From positions 6,554,632-6,618,631 of the forward strand of contig NC_068981.1 of the NCBI RefSeq assembly GCF_001194135.2: 64,000 nt of DNA, in the 5' to 3' direction. The position numbers and the translations under genes are program-made. Below the pieces are notes generated by a model that made no database searches, was not told the DNA's origin, and saw only the letters and a list, made by a program, of their open reading frames with translations. This document shows positions 24,448-35,335 of this stretch, piece by piece. The DNA comes from Octopus bimaculoides (taxonomy: Eukaryota). Within the stretch, counting starts at the first letter, position 1. Every line of letters begins with the position of its first letter.

Positions 24448-24823
24448 AGTAAAGATTGTTTGCCAACATAACGTTGCAGTCCAGGCTTAGGACGAATGTT
24501 GCTGTAATTTAACCCCAGGAGACATAGCCTTTAGCTGGCTACACGACACGATCTGCATCCTTATATTTTCGAACAAGGGAATCTAGCAACCCCACTCAGA
24601 TCAAAACAATATCTGTGTATCGCAATTTCCGAGTTATTTCCCTTCATCAGCGCAGAATAATTGTTCGGCTAAAGGTGGCGCTGCCAAATTCTCATTCGAA
24701 ATATATGTAAGGACACAGATTGCGTCGTATAGCCAGCTGAAGACGATGTTTCCTGGGGCTAAATTACAGCAACATTCGTCCTAAACCAAGACTGCCATGT
24801 TATGTTGGCAAACAATCTTTACT
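24448..24823. mobile_element. Foldback/MITE-like element with ~126-bp inverted arms
   Basis: Arms 24448-24573 and 24695-24823, roughly 85% identical by eye, first 25 bp perfect. Confidence 0.85.
24612..24656 (-). ncRNA. Minimal type I hammerhead ribozyme motif
   Basis: Minus strand TCTGCG-CTGATGA-A-GGG/CTC (stem II)-G-GAAA-TTGCGA-TA-CACAGA; stem I 5 of 6 bp; AUA triplet; predicted cut between 24618 and 24617. Confidence 0.7.
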
Positions 24824-24974
24824 ACAAAGTACTGTTGCTGAATATCTCTCGTTGTGAGATTTACAAATAGTAATTTTCTATGAGTTTTTTGTTGATAGTG
24901 AATGACCAGTGATGCCAATCCCTTGGATCTCATACTAATACTAGTAATAGTACTTGCTTAATACTACTAACATT

Positions 24975-25180
24975 GCTTTTCAATTCTGGCATAAGATTAG
25001 CAAGTTCGAGGGTGGGTGCTTGTCGATTCCATCGACCCCAGTGCGTAACTGGTACTTATTTTATGGACCCCGAAAAGATCAAAGGGAAATTCGACCTCGG
25101 TGGAATTTGAACTCAAGATGTAAAGACGGACGAAATATCGCTAAGCATTTTGTCCGGCGTTCTGCACCAGTTCACCACCT
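24975..25180 (-). mobile_element. SINE family A
   Basis: Reverse complement similarity to 21646-21860. Confidence 0.85.
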
Positions 25181-25712
25181 CTAGTACTACTAATATTACT
25201 AAATATTTAATACTTTTTATAGAGCAAACTCTTTAGTACAATTAATACTTCTAATTACTTAATTTTATTAATACTACTAATCCTTTTATATTACTAATCG
25301 CTTAATTATACTGATTCTAATAATTAGTTAATTTAATTCTACAAATATCGGTTAAAACATTTTAATCAAGCATTAATAATTATTGTTAATTGTTCAACTC
25401 ATTTGTATTCCAAAACAAAGATACTATTCATGTCATCGATAGCTCTACCCAAAGAGGAATGTATCTGCCCTCGTGCCTTTCAGCTCTGTCCGCCAAACCG
25501 CCTCTTTCGTCATAGCCATAAGGCAAGGGAAAACTGTTTTGTCTGACCAATTGAAGGAAAGTGGCGGTGCCATCATCAACACAGACTCGGCCGACAGGCG
25601 GATCCGTCCCACACGTGACAGCAGCTGTTCGACATAACCTCACAAGTCAGCAATGCCAGGATACTGAACGAGGGCGCGCAGAACGGTTTCGTGACTCCGC
25701 GCGCACAAGAAG

Positions 25713-25768
25713 AAATAGAAGAAGAAGAAGAAGAAGAAGAAGAAGAAGAAGAAAAAGAAGAAGAAGAA

Positions 25769-25799
<31 letters not shown>

Positions 25800-25858
25800 A
25801 AGAAGAAGAAGAAGAACAAGAAGAACAAGAAGAAGAAGAAGAAAGAGAAGAAGAAGAT
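25713..25858. repeat. (GAA)n microsatellite
   Basis: Direct inspection. Confidence 0.95.
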
Positions 25859-27499
25859 GGTGGTTGATTGAACATAAATAACAACGTGGACGTATAAGCA
25901 TAGTTGACCGCCTGGACGTATTAACATGGGAAAACAACAAACACGTTTAAGTATAGAGTCTATGCTCGTGAAAGAGATTCTTGCAATGTGGATATGTGGG
26001 CATAGGTCCTGTGAAATCTGAAATAAATCCTTTACATCTCCGAAAGCACAGAAGAAAAATTAAGGAGAAAATGAAGAACGTGATGTTATATAGAGCTCTG
26101 TATGTACAAATGACACTTACTCCATATAAAACATATAATTATTTCGACGTTGAAAGTGCACAAACGACAAACGTGTATATAAATGTCAGCATTTGAAATG
26201 AACATTTTAATTAAAAAGCAAAAACAAAGAAACAGAGCGATCCCAGTGGATACAACTGATAGATATTTTTGAGTGCATATTACACGTGATTATTAGGTAC
26301 AAAATATTATTAAATAATACACGAGAATAAGGAAAAAAAGACAAATAAACATTAAGGACAAGAAAAAGATACAAAAAACAAAACCAAATGAACAAACGAA
26401 TATAAAAGGACAAATCAAGGTGACAGAGAAAGTGTTATCACCTTAATTACCAGGTAGTGAATGAAAAATATGGCAAGGTAACATTATGCTAGTGAACGAA
26501 CAATATAGTTCTATATTTAAGTGAATGAAACAAGTGATTATATATGTTAGGATATAAATAATGTAAGTATATTGCATATAATGAACAATATGTCTCTTTA
26601 TTATGTCAACTGATGAATTAATCAACAACAAAAACAAAAACACACAGTATAGACCGGTCCATGAGACATTATGAATATTGAAGCGTTGGTTTGTTGCAGT
26701 TTCGAGACAGACGTAAGATACCACAGGTTTTAGAAATCATTCCCTCTCAAAAGATTAACTCCGAACGTAATGTCCTTTTTCTCACGGCTCGCGGGCAAAA
26801 TAATGATGGTGGCAGATTCGACTACCTGATTTAAGCTTTGGAAATGGAACGTTTGTTTTGCTGAAAAACAAGCACTTGGAACAAACTATGTTGAAATGTC
26901 ACAACGTTATGAAAGTTCAACCACATATAAACTTTGTAGTGAAAATGGTGGATGTTTTAACTAGATTGTGAAAGAAGGCCGTAAAGTTATAGAAAGAGAA
27001 TACAAAAGAAGGCAGGCCAACCCTCCATTCTCTATTTATTAGAAGCCTTGTCAAAATATAGAATTTATAAAGAATTGATTGATGCCATAAACAGCGACGA
27101 ATGCCGTGGAAAAGTGTGTTAACTTTTTGTGCTATTTTGGTTCCATTGTGATCAAGTGATTTTGGTATAAGAGCTGAGATTGTTATCGGCAATAAGTTTC
27201 AGAAATTGCCAAATCTGAAAAGAGAAATTGTAAATATGTGGAGCAGGTTATAGCAAAAAATGTATCATTTGTAGTGGAGGATCTTAACAGATTCAATGAA
27301 GAAAATGAAATCTCGAAGAAGGTCGAGATCGACATTTGAAAAGACTGAGAGAAAAAAAAAAAAAACTGTATTCCTTGGAAGTTGCTCAAAAATGGAACTA
27401 ATAAAAAAGATGTGAGGGGAACATTGGTCATTGGTTGGGAGACACTTCTTGGGTTTCAACTCATAAAATTTGTCTCCGATATAAATAATAATAACGATG

Positions 27500-27730
27500 G
27501 TCCTTTCGTGTATAGGCGCAAGCTCTGAAATTGTGAAGGGTGGGGGAGGGGTCGATTACATCAATCCCAATGCTCAACTGGTACTTATTTTATCGGGCCC
27601 GAAAGGATGGAAGGTAAACTCGGTGGAAATTGAACTCAGAATAGAATTTGAACCCAGAACGTAAAGACAAACAAAATGCAGCAAAGCATTTTGTCCGGCG
27701 CACTAACGATTTTCCGGCATGCCGCCTTAA
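27500..27730 (-). mobile_element. SINE family A (short internal duplication at the B-box)
   Basis: Reverse complement similarity to 21646-21860. Confidence 0.85.
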
Positions 27731-27738
27731 TAATACGA

Positions 27739-27807
<69 letters not shown>

Positions 27808-27929
27808 GGGTAATGGTAGTGGAGAAGATAATAATGATGAATAGGATAATACAGCAACCAGAACAACACAAACAACAAAAATAATATTGTGTTATACTCA
27901 ATAAAGAGGAAAGAGTCGTCTGTTTCTTT

Positions 27930-28200
27930 ACATAAGAATGGTAGACAAAGAACGCGAGAAAATAGACAAATATCAGGACCTAAAATATGAACCTCAAGGA
28001 ATCTGGAATTGTTGTAAACTTACCATTATCCCAATTTTAATAGGAAATTTAGAAACAATTGCTAATTGGGGATATTGGATATTGGGGTAACTTTCCTGCT
28101 TCTACAGAAAGCCTGTATGCTTGACTTCAACAAAGACTATAAGACAGGTGCAAGATATCTAAGCTTGGCAGATATAACTTGATACCTTGTAATGTTAATA
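27930..28200 (+). mobile_element. R4/Dong-like LINE REL-domain C-terminal relic
   Basis: EREKIDKYQDLKYE..IIPILIGNL..LLQKACML. Confidence 0.6.
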
Positions 28201-28571
28201 CCGGCAGAAACAACACCTGAGCGGGAGTGCTATACCAAATTGATGTATGAAATCTTGAACGACTGAAACAAAAAATTAAGAAGGGCATAATCTGCTGATT
28301 AACTTTTGAACCATTGAGAACGGTAACAAAAGATTTTAGAGTAAACCTTGAAGAATTTGATCTTCATCTGGAGGGTGTAGAAAAATTCTACTTGGTTGAG
28401 CAAGAATTATAAGTAAAGTCTTCAAAACAAAGTAAGAAAACGTATGAAGAATAGAAAGACGCGGTTATATTGAAGGTATAAAATATTCCTCGTCTCAGAC
28501 GGTGAGTTATGGATCGATGCGCCATAACACCAATTCCGTGAAACAACACAACTGGAAAATAACAACGACAA

Positions 28572-28859
28572 TATTCGCTAAGATGTGGCAGCTACGAGAA
28601 TCAAAGATAAAGGTTATCCCTATTATCATCGGAGCATTGGGTTCAATACCACCCAATCTGAAAAAAACATCTGAAAACCTTAGAAATACCCTACAATCTA
28701 GGTGTATTGCAAAAGTCAGCATTACTTGGAACTGCATGCATATTGCATAAAGTACTGTCTGTCTGAGGTCCTTGTAGTGACTTGACAAACAGTACAAACC
28801 CCCGGTAGACACGATATATTCTATCAACAACTGCATGATATTGGATACTATGTGACGTC

Positions 28860-28898
<39 letters not shown>

Positions 28899-28900
28899 TA
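28572..28900 (+). mobile_element. R4/Dong-like LINE 3' end with (TAA)n tail
   Basis: KMWQLRESKIKVIPIIIGALGSIP..LQKSALLGTACILHKVLSV* (one frameshift), then 3' UTR and (TAA)n. Confidence 0.75.
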
Positions 28901-28917
28901 TTATTATTATTATTATT

Positions 28918-29028
28918 CAGTGCGATCAAGGGGTTGAGAATAGGAAGCCGGACATAGTCGTAATTGAGAAAGAAACCAAACTATGGAAGATCATAGACAT
29001 AGCATGCCCAGCTGACAACAAGGATCAT
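28918..29028 (+). mobile_element. REL endonuclease PD-(D/E) fragment
   Basis: IQCDQGVENRKPDIVVIEKETKLWKIIDIACPAD. Confidence 0.75.
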
Positions 29029-29834
29029 GATAAAACGATGGCAAGAAAAGCCTCTTCATAGCAAATACTGGATTAAACTGAACAGAAAAGAAATACCCAA
29101 AGCAAAATCCCAACAATGGCTGAGAAGCTCAGGACTCAAAGCAGAGACTGAAGGATTTTTAATTGCAGCACAAGATCAAAGCCTTCCCATCAGAAGTCAC
29201 CAAAAACATGTAATGGAAAAATATACAAGTAAGTGCAGAACATGTGGAGATGGACAAGAAACATAATGTCTCTGGTTGCCCAGTCCTGGCTAAGAAGGAA
29301 TATATTCAGACACGAATATATACACTGGAAACTATGCCAACACTATGGAATAGGCACACGCCAGAAAAGGTCACAGAAAATGCCAATATACATAAGAGAA
29401 ATTAAGGTGAATAGGCTAGATATAGTTGTCAGAGATCATGAAGAGAAAAAAATGCTTTCTAATTGATGTATCAATACCAACAGATGACAATGTTTCTCGA
29501 AAAGGAACGGAGAAACTCTCAAAATACAAAGATGTGGAAATAAAGGTAACTCGAACGTGGAGTCTGAAAACAGAAACAATTCCTATCATAGTAGATACCT
29601 TAGGTATAATAAAAAAATATTCAGACAATACATAACAAAAACACCAGGACTTACAAATATATATAACATACAAACAATTGCACTACTGGGCACTACACAT
29701 ATCCTACGCAAAACACTTTCAATACAGTAACCATAAGAGCATCACAGCAAACCACAGCACATACCCAAGGCACACAGATCTGCGCTAAGTAGCGAAGTGA
29801 AAGCACGCTATAAAAATAAAACTACTGTATGATG

Positions 29835-29867
<33 letters not shown>
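29027..29867 (+). mobile_element. R4/Dong-like LINE 3' ~0.8 kb (CCHC knuckle + REL + 3' UTR + (TAA)n)
   Basis: WQEKPLH..LKAETEGFLIAAQDQSL..CRTCG..ET; RLDIVVRD..CFLIDVSIPTD..EKLSKYKD..IPIIV; stop at 29728-29730. Confidence 0.85.
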
Positions 29868-30660
29868 TCAAAATTTAAAGAAGAGTGCCATTTGCTATCT
29901 CGTGAACAATATTTCGACATCTTGCGTGTCTTCCACTGGTTCAAAAAATAAATTTGTCAATCTACTTCATTTTCGTTTATATAGAAAGGATTGAGGTAAC
30001 TCCTCCTGAAGATATAGAGTCAAAATTTAAAGAAGAGTGCCATTTGCTATCTCGTGAACAATATNNNNNNNNNNNNNNNNNNNNNNNNNNNNNNNNNNNN
30101 NNNNNNNNNNNNNNNNNNNNNNNNNNNNNNNNNNNNNNNNNNNNNNNNNNNNNNNNNNNNNNNNNNNNNNNNNNNNNNNNNNNNNNNNNNNNNNNNNNNN
30201 NNNNNNNNNNNNNNNNNNNNNNNNNNNNNNNNNNNNNNNNNNNNNNNNNNNNNNNNNNNNNNNNNNNNNNNNNNNNNNNNNNNNNNNNNNNNNNNNNNNN
30301 NNNNNNNNNNNNNNNNNNNNNNNNNNNNNNNNNNNNNNNNNNNNNNNNNNNNNNNNNNNNNNNNNNNNNNNNNNNNNNNNNNNNNNNNNNNNNNNNNNNN
30401 NNNNNNNNNNNNNNNNNNNNNNNNNNNNNNNNNNNNNNGAGATAGCAAACGGCACTCTTCTTTAAATTTTGACTCTATATCTTCAGGAGGAGTTACCTCA
30501 ATCCTTTCTATATAAACGAAAATGAAGTAGATTGACAAATTTATTTTTTGAACCAGTGGAAGACACGCAAGATGTCGAAATATTGTTCACGAGATAGCAA
30601 ATGGCACTCTTCTTTAAATTTTGACTCTATATCTTCAGGAGGAGTTACCTCAATCCTTTC

Positions 30661-30665
<5 letters not shown>
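29868..30665. repeat. 152-bp tandem repeat, opposite orientations either side of an N gap
   Basis: tcaaaatttaaagaagagtgcc at 29868 and 30020; reverse-complement units at 30441 and 30593. Confidence 0.9.
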
Positions 30666-30693
<28 letters not shown>

Positions 30694-30727
30694 TTAATAA
30701 TAATAATAATGATGATGATGATGATGG

Positions 30728-30900
30728 GATTTAAATAATTCACTTCTGGAAACGTGAGTGTTTCGTTCATGATCCTTAAACAGCCCTGATTCGGGGACCT
30801 CTTGTACAGGGTGGGCTACTCAACCTGAACAAAATTTTAACTAGGCCCCACCTGCAAGGTCATACGGTGTTTATCTCGATATGAAGCCATCAAGTCGCAC
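30728..30900 (-). repeat. Interspersed repeat fragment, same family as 61313-61806
   Basis: Reverse complement aligns by eye to 61430-61610. Confidence 0.75.
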
Positions 30901-33834
30901 TTCCTAAAGATGAGTTTGTTAGCCCCCCCCCCGCTCCCCATAGAAACAAGACAAGTGAAACAATAAAATGAAGCTGACCGAAAACGAAACATTTCTTCAA
31001 ATGTTAGGAATAAATACCAGGAATAGAGTATTTACCGAAATAAATGCAGTTTCGTCTGTTGAAATGAAATGAGTAAGTTGAGAATTTTATAAATAATGTG
31101 ACGAGGGATAGCAATCATTATAAGAAAGAATTTGTACGAGAAAAAACAGCCACTGGCATAGCTACAAAAGCTAATCCGCCAAAAGAGAGAAAATGTATTT
31201 ATGTTATAAGGAATTAAGAATTAACACCACGAAACGAAAGTAAATAGATTTCTGTAAAAAAATGAACTGAAGATATCCAACTGTAAAAGTCCATTTAATC
31301 ATAGGAAAACAGGTATGGCTCAAATATACATGAACAATGATAAGGAGAGAAGCAGAGACTAAATTAGCAAGGAAATGGGAAACTGCAGGTATTGTTAGCT
31401 ATTCTGGGTTTCCTAATTACACGCTCAATATGCATGTTAAAGCATTGTTTTCAATCTAATGGTGTAATGATCCACTGGAATTAGACGTCTAATACAGCAA
31501 CACTAATTTGTATTGCCAACACCAATAACCGTTCATTGAACAAACATTAACAAAATGTCGGAGTAAATATTTAATGGGAAAAGTCTACAAAGCACTCATG
31601 ACAAAATTACTCTGAACGAGAGAAAAGGTGTCTTCGAGGTTTTATCATAAATATTTCCTGCATAGAGTTACGTTATATAGAAAGAAGAGTGGTGCCAATA
31701 GAGCAATAGATTGGATAATTTACAGACGAAACAGGGAGTGTCTTTGGCAGGGTATAGAAAATTACATGGAAACAACGGCAAATAGTTACGTTATAATCCA
31801 ATGAAAATCTAAATTAATTATAAGACACCATCATCGACCGACAGAAACGCGAGGATAAATACGAAATATTTCCTAGTCTTCCACACAATAAATTAACACA
31901 GTGCGTTGATCGTTGGAACAATATGGTTGCGCGTACTTTTGCGCTTTGAGATTAAATCCCACCGGAGCCAACTCTGTATTTCCGTCTTTTCACGTCGTTA
32001 AAATAAATATCAAGACAGTGGAGCAGTTTGTAAGACCATCGCATAAGATTTCTTGGAGTATTTCTAAGCGGTGGAGCATCATGACATGATATATCTGTTG
32101 CTCAACTTAACACCACCACTGCCTCACCTGACCCTCAAGCCGAGTTAAGTTAGTTTTAGTAATTTGAGTTAAATCTCTGGCTTGCGGAAAAACTCCCTTA
32201 TGTCTTCCACCTGTGTGGGGATCCCTGAGAAAATATAAATTAAGTGTCCTCCCTTTGTAAGTAAGCAATAAAAAAGTGTTTGAAAGAAGAGAATTTTAAT
32301 GAAGTGTGATCAATGTCTAGAGAAGGAAAATTAGTTGGGTTGCTGAGAATGTTATGGCCAAGAACGCAGCGATGTGACGCGATGCAAACAATCAATTAAT
32401 GATCTGCTACTTGAGTGGTCCACTCTTCTGAAGTTCTGAGTGAAAATATTGATGTTGTTTAACCCTAGGTCACTCAAACAAACCCATGGTCTTTCCCGTC
32501 CTGGTCGTCTTATCCTTTTTTTACTGTTAGGTGTGATTCGAAGGAATTCGCCTTCTCTTACAATAAGATTCGATTGGTGACGTAGAAGTTCGATTAGCTG
32601 TGTAAGGACTGATTCTACACCGTTAATCGAGACGAATTGACGATCATGGAATTGAGGACGATTAAATGTTTGTGAGCATTAATGGAGATAAGATTGAAAT
32701 AGACAGACAGACAGACAGACCAACAGTCGAGTATAAAGGGAGATGTGTGTAAAGAAGAACAACAGTTGGCAATTAATGGAGATTATTAATAAAACATTTC
32801 TGTCATACTTAGACAAAGCTTTTTTTGAGTAAGTTTTCTATAAAAAAAAAACATGAAGAATAACTGTTCCACTGTTCATACAGCATTTTCTCTCTCATTA
32901 GAATTTCTTCATTCTTCTTCATTGTATAAAAACGATAAACATCATAATATCTTATATGCAATCAAAAGAGAAATGAATAAATAAATTATTGGAAAATATT
33001 TTATTGAACAAGCAATGTAATTTGACTTAATTACCTTACATTTAATTATATTGTTTTTATTGATTATTATCTACTGATATTTAATGATCGGCAGCGAATA
33101 GCAATTTGACCCATTATTCAAAAAAAAAAAAAAAAATCTGTTGTTTCATTGAATGAGTAAATATTGCAGTCATGTTTGGTTCGCACTACAGCAAAACACT
33201 CCGCAACATACGTCGCTGTGGAAAAGAAGGGTTAGACTAGTTATGGAAACAGACACACCACGACATCTGAGTCGAGACAATACAGATGTTTTATTGAGAG
33301 ATGTTTTGAGAAAATAAACAAACCATGTAACAGAAGTGTGACTTCTAAGAAAGATATTGTTAGTGAGACATTCGACGACGAGACGGGAATTAATTAAGAA
33401 AGCTGATAAAACAAATATAGACCATAAATATGAAGTGTGAGTGAAATATTGGTTGTATATATATATTTGTGTGTGTGTGTGTGTATACATACAGTAATCC
33501 CTCGCCATATTGTGATTTATTATTTTAGCTTACGTCGATTCCTCCGTGGTGTGGTTTTGCATTCATAATAAAATAAATATATACAAATTATAAAAATAAT
33601 CATAAAAAATATACAGTACAGAAAACCGAGAAATCCTTAAATCCTGGCAGATTGGTTTGTGTTTGAAGAGTCCAGTTCGTTGCAAGCATTCAGGTTTAGT
33701 CTCTGACTGGAGGATATCTTCATCCCTCCCCACCAATAATCTCGAAAACCCTGTAAATCTAAAGAGTAGAGTCAGTTAAAAGATTAATTCTTGTCAAAAA
33801 AGCAACAGAGATAATCTTAACATTTTAAATTTAA

Positions 33835-33990
33835 CAGCATTTCGTCCGTCTTTACGTTCTGAGTTCAAATTCTGACGAGGTCGACTTTGTCTTTCATCCT
33901 TTTGGGGCCGATAAAATAAGTACCAGTTGAAGACTGGTAGGGGCGGGGGGGGGGCATGTAATCGACTTACCCTCTCCCTCAAAACTGAAA
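33835..33990 (+). mobile_element. SINE family A, 5'-truncated
   Basis: B-box and central domain as in 21646-21860. Confidence 0.85.
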
Positions 33991-34732
33991 TCAATATTAT
34001 TCACTATGACCATTTCTAGAGCCACCGAGACTGGACCAGGGGATGATGTTAAACTAGACAACAGATTTTCTATACTAGCCAAGGACAAAAACGACTGGCT
34101 TTTACCAAATCTCACCGAGAATGACAAAACAGAAAGGAAATAGAGCAATGAGGGATTTCGTAAATCTAACGACACTTTAAAATGATTTTAGAGTTCCTGA
34201 ATAGGACATCATTTTAATCAATTCTCGAAAATAATTCACTGTCTTTCTAACAATAATACCCATTTGTTTTTATAAAACATCTTACATTATTTCCCAAGCT
34301 ATTATTTTTCCAATTTGTCATTGGTTGGTTGTATTGGTCTGTGCTGTGTGTATGTCTGTATGTATGCCTCCGTCTCTACATTTAAAATGGTTTCATTCGG
34401 CCAACGATGATGGCAATTCCATATTTCCTTCCCAAATATTGTCGAACCAATTGCCAATAGAACAAATGTTTGTATTAACCATTCAGTATCCAATATTCAC
34501 ATTAGTAACGCCGACTACTCCTCTCTGTGTCTACAAACTGTAATATGGAAGATGAAACGCCGCTGTCTGACGGGCAGCTGACGTCATTCGGAGAAAGTTG
34601 TGTATCTAACATCCAGAATCTCTCAAGAGGAGCATCTTTGACGCTAGCATTCTTTTAGTTTTGCAAAGACATTATAAGTATTAAACATATTGTTATAAAT
34701 CTCTTTCTCTCTGTCTCTCTCTCACACACACG

Positions 34733-34830
34733 CACACAGGCTTGCACACACACACAGGCTTGCACACACACACACAGACTTGCACACACACACAAGCTTG
34801 CACACACACACAGGCTTGCACACACACGCA
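34733..34830. repeat. 18-bp minisatellite (CACACACACAGGCTTGCA) x~5
   Basis: Direct inspection. Confidence 0.9.
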
Positions 34831-34846
34831 CACGCACACGCGCGCG

Positions 34847-34888
<42 letters not shown>

Positions 34889-35049
34889 ACACAGACACCC
34901 AGGCACACGCACTCTCTTTCTCTCTCCCTGACTCTCAACTTCGTTCTCACCGCAAATATTTATATCTCGTCATTATCTACTTTCTTCTATTTCTCCCTCT
35001 CTCTCTCTTTCTCTCTCGTTCTTTCTCTCTTTTCCTTTCTCTTTGTCTT

Positions 35050-35094
<45 letters not shown>

Positions 35095-35261
35095 TGTTCG
35101 TTCTATTGCTCGGTCTCATCTCGACTCTCATCAACATCCACCACACACAACCGCACACATACAAAACACACGCGATAAAAAAAAAAACTATGCTAGCAAC
35201 TTGATGTTAACCTTTCAATTATTTAAAACCCAACGAAGATTTTTATTTTCTGAATGGGAAT

Positions 35262-35335
35262 TAGTGAGACAATGGGATGGGACCCGAAACCATGCGGTCA
35301 GAAAGCAGACTTCTTAGCACACGGGGCCACCCCTG
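35262..35335 (-). mobile_element. Degenerate SINE family B head
   Basis: gggacccgaaaccatgcggtc..cttagcacac resembles the reverse complement of the family B 5' end. Confidence 0.55.

Noticed and set aside
34302-34586. Signal-peptide-like ORF (DTEWLIQTFVLLAIGSTIFG) and a TGACGTCA CRE site
   Set aside because: TTG start with an in-frame stop two codons upstream; a single 8-mer is expected by chance.
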